Origin: Octopus sinensis
Taxonomy: Eukaryota
Direction of reading: 5' to 3'
Assembly: GCF_006345805.1 (NCBI RefSeq)
Contig: NW_021827095.1
Location: 1-11,225 of the forward strand
Length of the DNA stretch: 11,225 nt
In this document: one piece after another, positions 8,126 to 11,225 of the stretch
Layout: every line of letters starts with the position of its first letter
Position numbering within the stretch: the stretch's first letter is position 1
Made by a program: the position numbers and the translations under genes
The notes under the pieces: generated by a model
What the model was told of the DNA's origin: nothing
What the model saw: only the letters and a program-made list of their open reading frames with translations
Database searches by the model: none

Positions 8126-8294
8126 ACAATACACACCATATACTTACAGTATACAGAAAGTCTAGCACAAATAAAAAAGATATAGAGAGTGTGGCGGCCA
8201 GATTAAATCGTAAGTAGCCATGAGAGCGAAGTAGTCAGACCGAATAGACAGACATACAGATAGATACACAAACAGAAGAGATAAACAGACAAAT

Positions 8295-8400
<106 letters not shown>

Positions 8401-8619
8401 GTAGGACGTAAACTTCATAAGAACCTTAGCAGCAGAAAAGAGGAATGAGAAGCAATTGAAGTAAATAATCATTAAATAGGAGAGGAGTTCGATGGAGGAA
8501 AAAAAAATTCTACTGAAATAAATTGTGCAGAAACCGGAAGCTGTGTATCCATTAAACGGCGTGAAACTTCTCAGAATCTTGTACGTCAGCCGATATTTTA
8601 CTACTGCTTAATCCACTCC

Positions 8620-8806
8620 GTGTGTGAGCGTGTGAATGTGTGTGTGTGTGTACAGAGACACATAGAGAGATAGATATATAATATATATTTATGCATATAC
8701 GCACATCCAAATAGACATATGTATGTACGTACGTATCTTCACATATGTATGTATATACATACATACGCACGCACACACGCACACACATATATATAAATGC
8801 GTATGC

Positions 8807-8874
<68 letters not shown>

Positions 8875-8994
8875 CATCTACATATTTATATACCCATACA
8901 CGCACGCCTCAAATGTGTAAACAGCATATACATACATACATGCGTGCACACACACACGCGCGTATGCATGTATGTATATATGCATGTATTTATG

Positions 8995-9042
<48 letters not shown>

Positions 9043-9090
9043 GTGTCTGTGTGTGTGTGTATGTGCATACAGACATATACGTATGTATAG
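8620..9090. repeat. Mixed degenerate (TG)n/(TA)n/(CA)n/(CATA)n low-complexity tract
   Basis: Direct. Confidence 0.92.
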
Positions 9091-9484
9091 GCTTAAGTAT
9101 ATTGTTAAATGTAGCGAAATATCAAAAGTATTTTTTTTCTTAATTTTTCTAATGCACGTCGTGTCGTGCATAAATATTCATTCATTATTTAATCACGCAA
9201 TCAACAAAGGCACATTATTCAAATTATATTAGGCCATTACAGCAAATTCTAGTTCGTTTCGGATTAAAATAGCAATTTGTAATAATTTCTATTCGTGGAC
9301 ATAAGAATTGATGTGTTCGCTTCCTCTCATGATCGCTGATCGCTTCCTTCCATGATCGAACCGCGAAGCATGTCAGGGCGAGACTTCTATGTCTTGGCTT
9401 GGGTTTTGGTGACTCAGTCCACTTCATGCCCCGAATGTGTCAGAGGACGCTGCCCTTGACTGAAACATAGGGTCTTTGTCAATC

Positions 9485-10069
9485 TCATTCACATTACTCT
9501 GTCAAATGTGATGTTTATTTATTCATTTATTAACCTGCGTGTATAAGCGAAAGCAGGGTTTTGTAGTCGCTCCTCTGTGTCTGTTTCTGTCTGTGTATTT
9601 GCAAAATTACTGGAAAATGGCTGAATAGGTTTTCAACAATTTGGCAGAAATACTCATTGGGTAAGTTGCTCGAACTCATTATTATGGTTTGATTATCTTC
9701 AAAACTGGCGGACGAATGAATCAAAATGTTTTCTTCTAATTTGTTTTATATGCATAAACGATAAGCGGGGGAAATAACTCATGGTGTCATTTTGTTGAAA
9801 TATGAATTCATCTGAAAATATATTTATCAAATAAAATTTATTTTTTTCTTGTGTGCGCAGGGTAAGCATCGCCCCTCTGATGCCTTTTTTCTCATTGTTT
9901 TCAATTGATCATGCATTATCTCCTAGCTTTAAGATTCCGATGATGTGTCTATTAAACTTTTAAAACGACAGTGTAGGGTAGGCGTGAGAGGCTGGATATG
10001 GCCAGCTTGAACATAAAACAGGTATAATATTTACGCTGAATGTGACCAGTTTAAATACTAAAGGGTTAA
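9485..10069. mobile_element. TTAA/piggyBac-type MITE, split by an insertion at 9526-9892; left terminus lost
   Basis: The right end is ...TACTAAAGGG|TTAA (TTAA at 10066-10069). Segments 9485-9525 (CATT.A.ATTACTCTGTCAAATGT...TTATTTATTCA) and 9893-10065 (CATTGTTTT...ATCATGCATTATCTC...GTAGGGTAGG...TGGCCAG.TTGAACATAAAACAGGTA) match consecutive parts of an abundant octopus MITE as I recall it; this needs database confirmation. Confidence 0.55.
9526..9892 (+). mobile_element. Candidate non-autonomous Helentron-associated element (HINE/DINE-1-like)
   Basis: T-rich ends; 5' subterminal AACCTGCG (9532-9539) with a nearby inverted partner GCAGGGTT (9553-9560); (TCTG)-like microsatellite at 9574-9596; 3' subterminal CGCAGG (9856-9861), complementary to CCTGCG; 3' stem-loop GCATC-N8-GATGC (9866-9883) followed by a T run. 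Confidence 0.6.
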
Positions 10070-10392
10070 AGCAATATACTGAGGAAAGAAGTTCCATAGA
10101 CTGCAACCATATTTTGCGCCATTAACGAGATATTCGCACAGGTTCCCTTTGTCAGTGGTCGAGTTCTGCCCTGATTCTTCGTCAGTCGTCGAGTATTGAG
10201 GTTGCTCTTTCGCTTCACCTGTTGATCCTAAACTCAGGAAAGAGAGCGGCCATATTCGTGAAACCAAGGTAATTAAAACTGCAAGCTAACGCCAACTCTT
10301 AATTGTTGATAACATTATTAGAAGTTTGGTTTTCTTCAGACTTCCAGGCAAACCGAAGTCTTGATAGGTCCTTGAAAAATTGCACATAGCCT

Positions 10393-10624
10393 ATTTCTTT
10401 ACTACCCACAAGGGGCTAAACACAGAGAGGACAAACAAGGACAGACAAACGGATTAAGTCGATTATATCGACCCCAGTGCGTAACTGGTACTTAATTTAT
10501 TGACCCCGAAAGGATGAAAGGCAAAGTTGACCTCGGCGGAATTTGAACTCAGAACGTAACGGCAGACGAAATAAGGTTACGCATTTCGCCCGGCGTGCTA
10601 ACGTGTCTGCCAGCTCGCCGCCTT
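10393..10624 (-). mobile_element. Full-length tRNA-derived SINE (family C, MetaSINE-like core) with 15-bp target-site duplication
   Basis: The minus strand reads AGGCGGCGAGCTGGCAGA...GAGTTCAAATTCC (B box)...GCCTTTCATCCTTTCGGGGTCAATAAATTAAGTACCAG, resembling the Meta central domain. Flanks AATTGCACATAGCCT (10378-10392) and AATTTCACATAGCCT (10625-10639) differ at one base. Confidence 0.88.
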
Positions 10625-10879
10625 AATTTCACATAGCCTGTTGCACATAACCTGTTGCCGTAACTCTTTAGAATGTATTCTTAGAGCGGCACCATTAGTA
10701 AACAACATAAATGACATGTTCGTCATAAATACTTAATGTACTTTGAATTCCACCCTCATCCGCGTCATACAAAACAGCCTCCGGACTAATCTACCTTTAA
10801 TGTGAACTTTTTCAATCGATGTTCCGAAGCATGCTTATGCATGAAAAAGGCCATTTTTATTGTAGGAGGATTTCAATGT

Positions 10880-11225
10880 CTTCGAAGAAGAAACGCCAAA
10901 TTGAACGACGCCCTTCATGCATGTGTGGAATTACTGAACTGCCCTCAATATGACTCCGAAGACACCCAGTGCTGGTGAGGACTTTGAACAGACCATCTCT
11001 GCTCACAAGCTCGAAGACCTTACTGTTAAGAAAAGTAGCAAAAAAGTGAAGAGAGAGATTCACTTTGGTTGTAATCTTTGGGAAGATCTTTGCTTGCGTG
11101 ATCACGAAGAGATAGGAAAATCGCCGAAATGGTGTTTAAGGATTCGCAATGTGACTCCGGGTCAGAGCGCTCTAAATTCCGCAGGTTGTTTTCTCTTTCG
11201 ACAGCTAGAAAACACAGCCGCCTCT
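10880..11225 (+). pseudogene. Decayed RTE (BovB-like) LINE reverse-transcriptase fragment, continuing off the window
   Basis: Frameshifted pieces follow RTE order: QCW (10967-10975); FTLVVIFGKIFACVITKR (11059-11112), resembling ISLLSIVGKVFARVILKRL; KIAEMVFKDSQCDSGSERS (11117-11173), resembling LAERVYPESQCGFRAERS; FS/RQLE (11191-11210), resembling FSLRQLQEK. The 5' boundary is approximate. Confidence 0.7.

Noticed and set aside
9224-9427. ORF with RSWKEAISDHERKRTHQFLCPR, loosely like a LINE ORF2 C-terminus
   Set aside because: The resemblance is too weak, with no complete zinc-knuckle or other motif.
9841-9868. Polypyrimidine tract + CAG|G|GTAAGC suggesting a 1-nt microexon or recursive splice site
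   Set aside because: It coincides with the 3' subterminal repeat of the HINE-like element, so it is probably incidental; split reads could test it.

Overview
Eukaryotic, repeat-dense, apparently non-coding DNA (intron or intergenic). The SINE families and microsatellite load look like a coleoid cephalopod, probably Octopus; this is recognition from memory, not a database result. No protein-coding gene can be confidently called, and nearly all long ORFs in the track are microsatellite translations. The window holds simple repeats, seven tRNA-derived SINE copies or fragments from three families, two decayed RTE-clade LINE fragments, two candidate non-autonomous rolling-circle elements (one nested in a TTAA-type MITE) and a 408-bp fold-back element. 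The most notable signal is in the loop of that fold-back element: a readable type I hammerhead ribozyme at 7859-7928 on the + strand. It has a CTGATGA...GAAA core, GTC cleavage triplet, extended stem I and minimal stem III, the architecture typical of Penelope-like elements and metazoan retrozymes.
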